From contig CDPCPM010000011.1 of assembly GCA_976551045.1 (NCBI GenBank), forward strand, positions 2,170,001 through 2,234,000: 64,000 nt of DNA, in the 5' to 3' direction. Under the pieces are notes generated by a model, which saw only the letters and a program-made list of their open reading frames with translations, was not told the origin of the DNA and ran no database searches. Position 1 is the first letter of the stretch; the number at the start of each line of letters is the position of its first letter. The position numbers were made by a program, and so were the translations under genes. Below are positions 52,558-64,000 of the stretch, piece after piece. This DNA is from Glaucostegus cemiculus (taxonomy: Eukaryota).

Positions 52558-53664
52558 TCATATTCTGCTCCTTCAAGAGAAAGGAAAGTGAGCTGAGGTT
52601 TAACAAGAGCTGCTGAGTTGCTTTTGAGTTGCTTTCCTGGCTGGTGCAAAATTTCTTATCACCCTTTGTGTTTCTGGAGGTTGGAACATACTCGGTTTCA
52701 GGGACAGCTCTGAGTTTTCCCGCACATATTAGATTCGAGGTTTTACTGGAAAACCTGAGTCTCTGTTTCCGCCACAGGAAGTGGGATTGCAGAGAGGCAG
52801 AGTGAGGGGCATTGATTTGCTGAGGTTTCCATTCTTCAGTCAGGAGCTGCTACTGCAGGTATCAGAGTGTTAGAAAAAGGGGTGGGTGGGAGATGAGAAT
52901 GTCACAGCCAAATCCAGTCTTGTCCTCATCACACATACAAGAAGTATTGCTTCTGTAAAGGGTCAGCAACAATAATCAGGAATGAAACATTTGCTAGTTG
53001 TTGTCCTCCGAGTCTTGTGAGCACTGATTACAATTGCTACAGAATACCTAACCAAGCAGAAGTCATGTGTCAAATGTATTACATTTTTAAAGAGGACACA
53101 ACAAAGGATCAAATGGTGGATTATTAAACTCATAATTAGTGGTTAAAAAAACCCAGAAAACACTGGAATCAGATTTCTGAAATATTAAGTTTCTCTTTCC
53201 CATATATGCCACATCACCTGCTGAATACTTCTAGCACATTTTATTATGTACTGTTATAAATATGAATTCAGTAATCTTTTATTATATCTGCATCTTCAGT
53301 TGTGTTTCAAATGTCCAGTTTCTGTACTGTTTTGGTTTTGGCTTTCATTTTCAGTGGTGTTCATGACACTTGTCTCCATGGGACCAACTTCATCAATCTC
53401 TGGTAAGGTTTTTAGATGGGTTACTGCACAGGAGTGAGGTTCCTACCTCAAGGGAAGGGAAGGAAGGGGAACGTGTATTTTTGTGCAGCTCAGCTCTAAA
53501 TGTTTGATCTTTGGCTCATTCAAGGACAGTGCTACTGATACACCTGAGCCTGACCGGCTGTCTCCTGGGCAGAGAGAAGACGGGAACCGATCTGGAATGA
53601 AGATCTGCAGGCTCCTCACAACCACAGGGCTGCCTTTGCATATCACGGGGATGGGATGTAAAGT

Positions 53665-54155
53665 GTCATGGCTCCAACAACCTGGGTTCAATCCTGATTG
53701 CTGGAGCTGTCTGTGAGGAGTTTGTCTGTTTGCTCTGTGACTGCTTGGGTTTCCTCTAGACGCTGCACTTTCCTCTCACATCCCAAAGAAATGGGATTTG
53801 GTACGTTAATTGGCCACTGTAAATTAGTCCTATGTGTAAGTGGTTGGGAGAATCTGGGATGGTGTTTGGGGGAGAAACATGAGGAGAATAAAATGGGAGT
53901 TCCTCCGGGGTTTCTGGTTTCCTCCCACATTCCAAAGATGTATGGGTTAGGAAGTTGTGGGCATGCTACGTTGGCGCCAGAAGTGTGGCAACATTTGCGG
54001 GCTGCCCCTAGAACACTCTACGCAAAAGATGTATTTCACTGTGTGTTTCGATGTACATGTGACTAATAAAGGCATCTTATTTTATCTTATCTTATGGGAT
54101 TTATGTAAATGAGTGCTTAATGCTCACTGCAGACTTGGTGGACCAAAGGTCTATG
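53665..54155 (+). mobile_element. Older V-SINE with a younger V-SINE 3' half (about 53897-54094) nested inside
   Basis: The older copy has B box gggttcaatcc and a diverged core. The younger copy matches the reverse complement of 6505-6690. The older copy resumes with atgggatt...ggtggaccaaaggtct. Confidence 0.75.
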
Positions 54156-54194
54156 GGATTAATGACAGCATTAGACACCTCACTAAAACCATAC

Positions 54195-55333
54195 CTGCGT
54201 TGGCTTCCCAGACCACTTCCACAGCTGCCGTGCTGGGAGAAAGGAGGAAATTTTAGGACGATTCTCCACAGATGGCAACCTCTGTCTCTTTGATATCTCC
54301 TTGGCCTTTTGAAGACGTAGCTCTTCCTGCCTCTTCTGTTTGATCTTATTCGCAGACATCACAGACTTGACTGAGAAGGAATGCGGGGAAATCTTCGCCT
54401 CCGTCTGCCGTGGGTCCGAGGAGGCCAGCATTGTGGGCACGGGCCGTGTCATACAAGTTTGAAGCAAGAGTGCTGAGTCATCATCAGAGCTGTATGATGA
54501 GTCATCATTGTCTGATGAGCACAGGCTGGATGTAGAGGTAGAACCAGATGTTGAAGAGGATGAAGATCCGGAAGATGACGACAAGACGGACAGCCTAGAC
54601 ATGAATCTTGACGTGACACTCTGCCGGAGGTTTCTACTTTCATCTTCATCATCCATGTCGGAGAGTGAGCTATGGCTGTCACTGTCACAATCCATACCAA
54701 ACTCTGATTGGCCAGTGTACTCATTCATGGCTAAACTGAGAGGAAGGTTTTGAAGCTGAGCATGTTTTCCTTTTAGAAGTTCTATCCTTCCGTTTCGCTC
54801 TTTACTTATCAGTGCTGCCTGGGAGTACGCAGCATCAGACTTCACTCCAAACTCCTTCTCACTCATCAGCAAGGCCTTTCCGTTTTTTGTTTTAGGAGAC
54901 ATTACTCCTTCGTGGTCTAATTTTACAAGATATTCTGTTTCTGTTTTTCTCTTCCCACCTTTTGGGATTGATATGTCAAGTTTCTCCATCTTTCTGTACT
55001 TCAGTGGCTTAGGGGTTGGCATCAGACTTGGACTGCTCCCAAAGGCTCCAAACGTGCTGGCAATGCTGCTGAAAGAGTCAACCTCAAAGCCACCACTGAA
55101 TACTGGAGGTGGGAGGCCGTGTATGGGGAGGAACCGCTCTTTGCCCTTCATCCTTCTTGTGCTTCCATTTAACTCAAACAAGTTTTCTAAAACCGCTGTA
55201 TTCTTGTTGGAGATCTTTTTCTTTGTCTGGACAATCCCTGGCCAATTTATCAGTGTGTCTGACTTTTTACCCAGCATGTGTTCCCCTTTCAACAGTGTTG
55301 ATACCTCAGAGTTTGAAACTCCCTTTCCTTTTT
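54195..55333 (-). CDS. BAHCC1: BAHCC1-family large coding exon (Ser-rich region before the BAH domain)
   Basis: Lies within ORF 54183..55460. VLENLFELNGS, LVKLDHEGVMSPK, SSLCSSDNDDSSYSSDDDSALLLQTC and SVENRPKISSFLPARQLWKWSGKPTQ resemble BAHCC1 as recalled. Acceptor tctttcag|AA, donor CAG|gtatgg; 1139 nt, phase 1-0. Confidence 0.95.
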
Positions 55334-58300
55334 CTGAAAGAAAAGAATAATTTGTATTATTTAGGAAGAGAGCAAGGTCATGAATCATCTTGCTGTACAA
55401 ACTAAATCGGTACAAATTTAGAAGTGCATAGGTTATTTGTTCTTTAAAAAGTGTGACCACACATTCACAATCCTTATAGAGAACTAACTGTTAATCCGGT
55501 TACTAAATCCAGAGCTGGTGTTTCTTGGTAAGAAGACCTTTGCTATAGTTTCCTTACACCATTTTCTATTGTGCTAATCATCTGGATACAATGTGAGATT
55601 TAGTATTGTGAGAAATTTAATATTGCATAATGTTAATTTGAGAACTACATGAGCTCTATAAAGAGGATATTAAATCATATTTTAGTTCCTTGGCTGCAGT
55701 TAGAGAAACTAAACTCTTTAACACTTGGTATCATTTAGTCTGAGACTGACTTTTCCATGCAGCAGTTAAATCTCACCTAACCTAACAGTGCAAACCTAAA
55801 TGTGTACTTATGTTTATCAGCACGAAATTGTCTAAGGAGCCCAGGACATAATTATTCAAACCATGGAGAAGATAACAATACTTGATTCATTCCATGACAG
55901 TTAGTGTGTCTTTATGGGCTACTACCTCTGGTTGTCTGCTGCCAAGCCAGAGAATATGGATGGGTTTAAAATTAATGAATATATAGGATACTTATAATAT
56001 TTAAAGAATAGTATAGTGATGCTCTACCTATACGTGACCTATTTTGACACCATACATAACCACATTTAAAGATGTATGAATAGCACAATGTCAAGTACAC
56101 ATGTTCTTGTTCATAAATTCCACAAAAAACACATGTGAGAACACTGCCAAGTTGACAAATTGTTTAATTAGGAGGCAAAGCTACACATGACCAATTGGAG
56201 TTGGACCTGGACGGGACACCATGGACCTTGGGGGCTTTCTTTTTGCAAAAAACTGGAAGGATGCCAATTAAGATTGCCAATGCTATTTTCCTGATTGGAG
56301 CTGGTAGGTTTGGTCAATGCTTCTCCTGAACAGGAGAAACAATTCATGAAAGATGGAAACATCCTTTTCAATAGATGTATCTAACCTTTCAATAATATCA
56401 TTGGGACCCAGCTGCAATTTTAACAAGGGATTGAACCTGAAAGAAGAGGCAACGAATTTCCCACCAGGCATTATAGGCAGTGAAGGGGATTGGAACAAAA
56501 GGCTCAAAAAAGTTCATTGAACTACTGTTATTATTAGCTTTGCAGGGCACGAAGAAACAGAATTGACCATCAGGGCATTGACAGATAACCTTAGTGATCC
56601 CATTACTGCCAATTAATCATCATGCCTGCTCATCCAATTAACTTCTGTCAGTTGGCATTCCAGAATCTCCCCGCCACCTCCATCATACTCCCACCCAAAT
56701 GATTGGCTGGCAAGTGATACAATATTCTGAATCCTATTTCTTGGGCAACAGGTACTTTTCCAACTGGATCTGCTGCTCTGCCACGGAAACTTAGTCCAAC
56801 AGTTAAAACTGGGACCAGTTTGAAAAGACTGGTTCCTGAGGAGGCAGTCATGTGAACATGTAACATTAAGAGTATAATTCTAATTGTCATTGCGTAAGTG
56901 ACAGTTCAACAAGAAGTGTGTGAGTTCTTTTGACCACATTCCAAATAATCCACATTTGTATACATTAATTTTTACCCTTTTAACAAAATATTTTTTAAAG
57001 AAGTTCTTTAACAGGGAGAGTTCTGGAGCAGGATGCTTAATGTGAATCACAATGGGAGGGAAACACTAAATAACTCGCATGGGATTGTGTTACACAATGC
57101 ACACGGGGTACACAGCTGCACTTTGGAACCGTCTGTTTTTGTGATGTCATTGCAAAGAGTTTCTATTCTATTGCCTAACATTATTCATTGAAATCTCATT
57201 CATGCTTACTGTAATTGACAGATAACAATATAACTACTTTTCATTCCTAATAGCAATGGTTAATTAAATGCAATATTTAGCACTGTAAGATTTTTAACAT
57301 TTCAATTTAATTTATTCAGCTGTTTGGACACTAAAAGTGCATTTACTGTCTTTTCATGGGCCTTTCACAGATGCAACTTGCTTCTCCCAGTACATTTGGC
57401 CAGAAGAAGAAACTGTAGAAGTGGCTATTTTCTTTCAAGCCAAACAGTTCTTACAACCTTAATTTAAGTTACAGTTATCTGGCTGCTGAAATAGTTATGT
57501 GGCATACACAGAGTCACAGTGAAGCTTAGCAGGTCTGTCTGTGTAAACCAAACACTATCTTCTGTACTGGCCAATATAATGAAGTGAATCATGCATTGTG
57601 CCAGAAGAAAATTTGTTACTTCCTTCCCCACAATGATTTTGTCAAGTCTGTTGTCTGATTTAATTCCACTCTATTCTAGAAACCCCAGCATATTCCCAGC
57701 CCTTTGTTTACATTAGACGAGTTCCTGTGTAATCTGTCTTGGGCCGGCCGGTAGTAACTTTACAAACTTCAAGAAACAGCCAAATTCCAGAATTGCTCAA
57801 TGAACCATTAACCAAGTCACCGCGGGCTTTATTTTAACTAAATCTACTTTTGATCTATTAAAAATGATTACAACCGAAAAATACAGCACTGTTACAGATT
57901 TGTAAATTGTGAATAGTAAATTGTGAACAGCATAATAAAGGCACTTCCTTATCCAGCTGTAAGAACTCAACTGCTAACAGGAAAGAATGACTGGATTTTC
58001 AAATGAATTCAACTTTTTGAAGAATTTGAGGGTTGGGTTACACTTATGCTCCCGCTAACCTTTCCCTTCTGGTGGACTTAGTAGCAGAATGGATGAAACC
58101 CATGTGTCATTTTAGCATTGGGAGCAAATCTGGACTAAGATGGCACAATGAAAATCTCTGCCAACAAATGTGAAACCTCAAATTGGGTTGCATTTATCCA
58201 TGGAGGTGCACAATATGCACTTCTTGTTCTAATGTGATACTCAATCAGCAATCTCAGAAGGATGAAGAGAGGAGAGGCTTTAGTTGAGGAAAAGGAAACT

Positions 58301-58999
58301 TACTTGGGCACCACTGGGCTAGGTTTTGTTTTGAAAGGTTGGGACTTAACCTGAAAGAGTACCTTTGTGTCATGCCAGTATTTTCATCTGGATCAACACA
58401 GATTCTAATGAAATATCTCTCTTTCTGTTTCCAATAAGCACAATATCACACAGGACAGGATTTGTAACTGCTGAAATTTCTGGTATAGAGGATCCCTCTA
58501 ATTAGCTATCTTTTCTGATCCAATTACCCATACAAGAAAATTGCAGGCCATATATTTATCATTGATAAGTTTTAGAATTGGTCCATAGATTTCAACCAAT
58601 TTCAAACTTTCATAATTCACATAGCCCAGTTGAAGCTGCAAGGTCCTCCTCACAATCTTAATAAATTGCTTCATTGAGTTGTCAAACAACAGCCTAGCAT
58701 CATCCCTATTTACATCAGGTCTCACTGGAAAGACAGATAAGCCACAAGTGGTAGTATGGTGGAACAGTGTACAGTCAGGGGCAGTTGGAGATGCAGCATT
58801 CACTTGCCAGGATGAGTGCAACTCCAACACTGCTTGACACTATCTAGCACAGAGCAACCCACTAGACTGATACCCCAGCCACAACATTTGCACACTCCAA
58901 CACTTACATACCATGATTGATATGCACACCCTTTAAAATTCACTGTAGCAACACAGCAATGTTTTGCTGATTATATCTTCCAAAATTGCAGCTCTTACC

Positions 59000-59260
59000 A
59001 TGCAGAGTCCAAGGGCAGCATGTGCAAAGAAATGCCTCCTATGAATTTTCCTCCCACAGACACCAGCCTACCTTGGAAATATATTGTCAGTCCTTCCTGG
59101 ACGCTGAGTTAAGTGATCTGAACCCATTACCTAACAACATTGTTGGAATACCTTCACTACAGTGACTACTGAAGATCAAGAAGGCAGCCCAGTCCCCTCC
59201 TCAGGGGCTGTTAGGGATGGACATTAAATGCTGGCTTTCAGTAGGGGCTGTCACAAGTCC
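59000..59260 (+). mobile_element. Old CR1/L2-superfamily LINE 3' fragment (intronic)
   Basis: ccttggaaatatattgtcagtccttc...aagaaggcagccc...gttagggatggacattaaatgctggc, related to the reverse complement of 11460-11650. Confidence 0.55.
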
Positions 59261-59529
59261 ATGGACGAGTAAGAATAAATGAGTGGTCAGAATGTTTTTG
59301 ACAAGAAGAGGCTGTTTGTTTCCTGTGGCTCACCAAAGAACCAAGAAATCTGCTGATGATCCAAGTTCCTTATAACCAATACATAAGAGAAATTACAAAG
59401 TCAAGGAGGAGGGGATGAAACTTCATTTCCAAAAAATACAGCATTTAGGACTGTCACTGTAACATTTCTGTCCAGTGTTAAATTGTCTCATGCTGAGAAT
59501 ATAATCACTATACTTCAGGATAAACGCAC

Positions 59530-59703
59530 CAGCTTTCCCTTTCAACAAAGTCTTCTTGCCAGATCTTTTGCTCAGTTCTGTGGAGTTTGGTCCATCCACA
59601 GAGTGATTCTGACTGCTCACTGCACCTTCTCGCTTTTCCGTGGGGAATCTCCGAACCCGAAGCCTCCCATTGGACACCAGCAATGCAGGAGAAGGTTCTG
59701 TAC
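59530..59703 (-). CDS. BAHCC1: BAHCC1-family coding exon (CTEPSPALLVS linker)
   Basis: Lies within ORF 59423..59749 (TEPSPALLVSNGRLRVRR...KKTLLKGKA). Acceptor tttgcag|GT, donor GCTG|gtgcgt; 174 nt, phase 1-1, in frame with both neighbouring exons. Confidence 0.9.
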
Positions 59704-59899
59704 CTGCAAAAGAATGATGATGTTGGAGTGTGTTCACTTTAAGAAACAATCAGTGGAATGTAATGCTTTAGATTTTGATTCTGCTCTTACTGCCATTCCT
59801 GGAGCTGAAAGAGGTATGGAACTTTGTCGATTGAGAAAAAAATCAACTGTCCTACCTAATGACCATTGTAATCCTTTACAAATTGAAAAACCATCACAG

Positions 59900-60250
59900 A
59901 CTACCCACAAACAACCCAACTAACTCAACATATTAATCAGCCCAGCACCCACTCCTACCTGATACGCAAAGCAATCCCGCACACATATTGATCACCAGCC
60001 AAATTAACCCACCGTGTAAACTAATACAAAACCAAAACTAACCAGCATGTAATCTCTGCACACAAACTGACCTGGTACTTAAACTAATCCACCATCCAAA
60101 CTAACCCAGCAGCCAAATTAACGTACCACGTAAACTAATACAAAACACAAACTAACCAACATATAAACTAAATCTGCACCCTAACTAACCTAGCATGTAA
60201 ATTAGTACAACAGTAAACCAACCAAACAACCCATTACCCACACTAACCTG
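59900..60250. repeat. Degenerate AC-rich minisatellite (aactaacc subunits, about 114-bp higher-order duplication)
   Basis: 60001-60052 aaattaacccaccgtgtaaactaatacaaaaccaaaactaaccagcatgtaa versus 60115-60166 aaattaacgtaccacgtaaactaatacaaaacacaaactaaccaacatataa. Confidence 0.75.
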
Positions 60251-60652
60251 GCAATCCTTGGAACCTCTGAGCACTTTGAAACCCAATATCCAAATTAAAT
60301 CAGACGTCCAGTCACTCCAATCCCAAACCAGACCAATAGCTGAGTCTAACCTAGCCTGGGTTAAGAACTGTAGGTATGTCCAAATCTCAAACTCTTGTCC
60401 CATCAGGTCCCAGATGATCAGATCCCCTTTAGCAACTCCTTTAGCTGTGTGTTTTGGAAACTAGACAAGTTTCCTGCTCTGGATCAATCTTTATTGAAGC
60501 AGGCGTGCTGGGAAGACTGAACACAACGACTCCACCTCATTGGAAGAGAAGCCCCTTAACATCCTGAGCTCTGATAAGTAGACTGACCAACTGTGAACAT
60601 TCTGTGACTGAACTATTATTACATGGAACGGCTATTTGGTCTCCCAGGATTA

Positions 60653-60865
<213 letters not shown>

Positions 60866-61529
60866 TTATTGTCTCACCAGTTGTTTTCATTTTGGTGAAG
60901 TTACATGCATCGCTAACATGAACAGCAACATTCATCATCATTGAACTATGAACCCATATTTATCTTATATGCTCAACATTTCAAATTAGTCATGAAACAA
61001 CCATCTTAAATTGCAGCAGAAGAATTTTTTTAATGATACATACTAAAATTCAGACAAGGTTGTGTAACACAGTGGGACAAGCAAGTTATTTAAAGCAAAA
61101 AATTCTAGACCAGTCTTTAATGAGTTGGAGAGAAAGTAGTTTAAGTAAAGATCCGTTCATACATCATCTGCGGTTTTCCTGTAACTTAATATTCAATTAC
61201 TATGCATATAAATATTGAAAATTCCAGGTTGGAAGGTTATGTCGCAGCACCAAAACTGCATTGATCCTGGGGAATACCTAAGGGAGAGGGAGATTTCCTC
61301 TGTGTACTCTATGTTTAAAAGACTTGTTATTCCGTTTCTAAAAAACTTTTCAATTTCACTGCCTATAGTGAACAGAAGAAAATCTTGGTCTCTCCAGTTA
61401 CTGAAGTGATGGACAAGGTAGTAGTTTATATAATACAGGATGCAGCTCAACCTCTATCAATGCATAGCTCTCTCAGATTTTTGCCGCAATGGTTTCTAAA
61501 TAAAAGTCTTATTTATCATGGCAATACTT

Positions 61530-61760
61530 TGCTGTTCCTGGAGGCTTGTTTGGTCAAAGCCATCCTTCAACCAGTGTAACTAAAAATGAATATCTGGTAA
61601 TTAGCATATTCTGTTTTGGCGGTTGCCATGTGCATATTGGTTGCTGCATTTCCTACAATACAACTGTGACTACAATTCAAACCTACTTAATTGGCTGTAA
61701 AGCACTTTGGATCATACCAAGGAGTTGAAAGGCACTATATAAGCAGGAGGATCTCTTTCT
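61530..61760 (+). mobile_element. Deu-SINE 3' half (intronic)
   Basis: attggttgctgcatttcctacaatacaactgtgactacaattcaaacctacttaattggctgtaaagcactttgg...gaaaggcactatataa. Confidence 0.7.
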
Positions 61761-63469
61761 TTTATTGAATCGCACAATATAAATTGTCTGATACAGCATC
61801 ACCAATGGCACATTTGATAAAGTGGAAAAAAGGTTAACTTGGGTATGCTAAATTTGTTTGCAGCTTATTACACATTCACAAGTGGCAGTCACATTTCTTC
61901 TGGCTCAGTGGGATTGATGGCATTCTTGCAGAGGAATTAAGTATTTAGCCCATGCAGAGTGCAGCAGCACTTTTTGATTATTGGATCCGGTTTGCTATTG
62001 ATTGGTGATAAATTTTGTGAAATCCCTGAATTGTACTTGATTGATTCCTGCTTGGGTCTGGCATTGTAGCTACTTATATACAGCTCAAATAATAAGTGCC
62101 ATTTTCCAGGTTGCTGTATGTGAAATGAATGCATTGTCCATGGATTTAAGTTGTAGCCATACTACAGACACAAGTAGGAATGATGCACTTTGATGATGTT
62201 TTAATGGGAAGTGATCTATTGCTATGTTCTTTTTTACAGCGCATTATGTTAATTCCTGTTGATGTCCTTTCCTGCATAAAATTTCCTTTGAAACATATTC
62301 AAGGGCCTTCCTGTGTAGCAAAGCAAACTGACATGTTCGAAATATTCAATTTCCTATTTGGACAAATAGTTGGTAAAAGATTAAACACAAAAAGCAACTG
62401 TACCAGAAGTTACAGGTGGTAACATGTTTTGAATTGAATTATCCAGTAACTTTTACTTACAAAGAAAGCACAAATTGAGCTAACCTTTGAGATATATACT
62501 GTATCAATGGATGAAAATTTATTAAAGTAATTAATACACCAGAGATGATTTCAGGTATTGGGGCAGACTTCATTTGATTACACAATATGGATGTCCACAC
62601 TTTAATTAATTCTTTTTTTTTCACAAGGTATTGGGACTGTTGCTGTTGATGGATGCCAGAGGATTGGTTTGCATCCAATCGCACCAGTATCAGGCCATCT
62701 GCCTTTCTACCAGATGGTTAAACAGATCTGGATTTCAGCAACAACCTTTCACATAAAATGTAGGAGCAGGAGTAGGCGGCATCGCTTCTTGAGCTAGATC
62801 TACTGTTTAAAAAATTGTGACTGACCTGTCCTTTTACTCTACTCTATTTTTCTGCCCAATCCCTGTAAATAACATATCTCCACCTTCAACATACCAAAAG
62901 AATGGTGAATGTGTTTCACTTGTTTAGAGTACAAACTGAAGCTGCATAGTTTGTGGGGCAATCGAGGGTGGGGTTGCTGGTGTTGGTATTTTATCAGGGC
63001 TTGAAACTTAAACCCATGGCCCCTACACTGAAGTTTGAGACCAGACTGAAGCTTGGCATTCAGACCTGATAGTTTGATAGAGGGGGCCCAAAGCAGGTGG
63101 TAGGTTCTTTATTCTTTATTTACACATGGAGGAGACCCCAATTTTTAAGTGATTGGAATGATGCCTGAAAAATGATTCAATTCTTTTTCAGGCACCTTTG
63201 AGGGGACAGGAACTGGTGCACAAAATTACCCTTAAGCCTATTTCACAAGGAGGGAATTGGCACATGAGGTCTGATTACCATCCCATTATCCTTCCCAAAA
63301 CAATCTTCCCAATGGCCAACAGTGTAGTTATCCACGACACAGGCCATTAGATCTATGGACTTGCTGCCTAATCATCATTCCTAAAGAGAAAAGAAAGAAA
63401 ATGTTGACAAAGGATGAGCTATTATTTTGTAAATAAACCAGATTCAAAAAGACCACAAAAAGCTGGCTG

Positions 63470-63550
63470 TGTGAACGTCAACAATTCCTTTTCCCCCCAC
63501 AAATGTTGCTTGGCCTGCTGAGTTCCTCCAGTGGTTTGTTTTTTGTCTAA
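63470..63550 (+). mobile_element. Penelope-type terminal fragment
   Basis: aacgtcaacaattcc...ccacaaatgttgcttggcctgctgagttcctccag. Confidence 0.6.
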
Positions 63551-64000
63551 ACTAGTTCTCTAAATTCAAGTAAAAGTCCTGAGTCAGAGGGAGTTAACAG
63601 CACAACTTCCCACTAGGCTTTGATAAATGACATCTGGATCTTGTACTCCCCAGTCACATTCGACCTTGGAGCTCGTCAGTGACGAATATGACCAGTCTGT
63701 TCTCATCTCAAACATTCATACCGCCGGCATTTCTCTCCACTTCACTCCAATATTATCAACATCCATCACCCCTCTCTCAATGTGAGTAGCAGCATCATTT
63801 ACACAGCTTGCAATATTCAGCATGCACCACAAATCCATCACCTTAATGGAGTACTAATTCAAATTTAAATGTTTGTGCAGCGGCTGTGGAAGTGGCCTTC
63901 GCTAGATAATTATATGATATTGTTTTTCTCTGCTGACAATTGTACCAGAGTCATGTAACTGACCCATGCCTCCCTTATCTCCCAGCAAAATGTTCAAGCC

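Noticed and set aside
54508-55405. Plus-strand ORFs antisense to the large exon
   Set aside because: These are shadow frames of a low-complexity coding exon.
55334-55460. N-terminal extension of ORF 54183..55460 as a standalone 425-aa gene
   Set aside because: It is intronic read-through upstream of the acceptor at 55334-55335. The ORF is an internal exon.
59900-60250. CRISPR array or true interstitial telomere
   Set aside because: The DNA is eukaryotic, there is no repeat-spacer regularity, and there is no run of exact TTAGGG units.

Overview
This is vertebrate genomic DNA, not prokaryotic. The repeat content (CR1, Rex1/Babar, Penelope, V-SINE, Deu-SINE, Harbinger and Gypsy remnants) points to a cartilaginous fish, which is an inference. 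The only well-supported gene is on the minus strand: the last five coding exons of a BAHCC1-family chromatin reader. These encode the end of a Tudor-like domain, a Ser-rich linker and the C-terminal BAH domain (exons 60658-60783, 59530-59703, 54195-55333, 52132-52368, 51047-51253). All junctions are GT-AG and phase-consistent. A probable 3' UTR of about 7.7 kb follows and ends near 43300. Positions 1 to about 43000 are intergenic and mostly decayed, often nested, transposable elements, with two largely repeat-free islands at about 12300-15300 and 29300-31200. I found no convincing new biological system. The best leads are a BAH domain mixing BAHCC1-like and TNRC18-like residues, a FOX:ETS/E-box/GC-box regulatory candidate, Penelope-derived hammerhead-ribozyme relics including a fold-back hairpin, SINE tail swapping visible within the window, and an unexplained 97-bp duplication. 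Repeat boundaries were read by eye and are approximate. Family assignments rely on recalled consensus motifs, not on searches.
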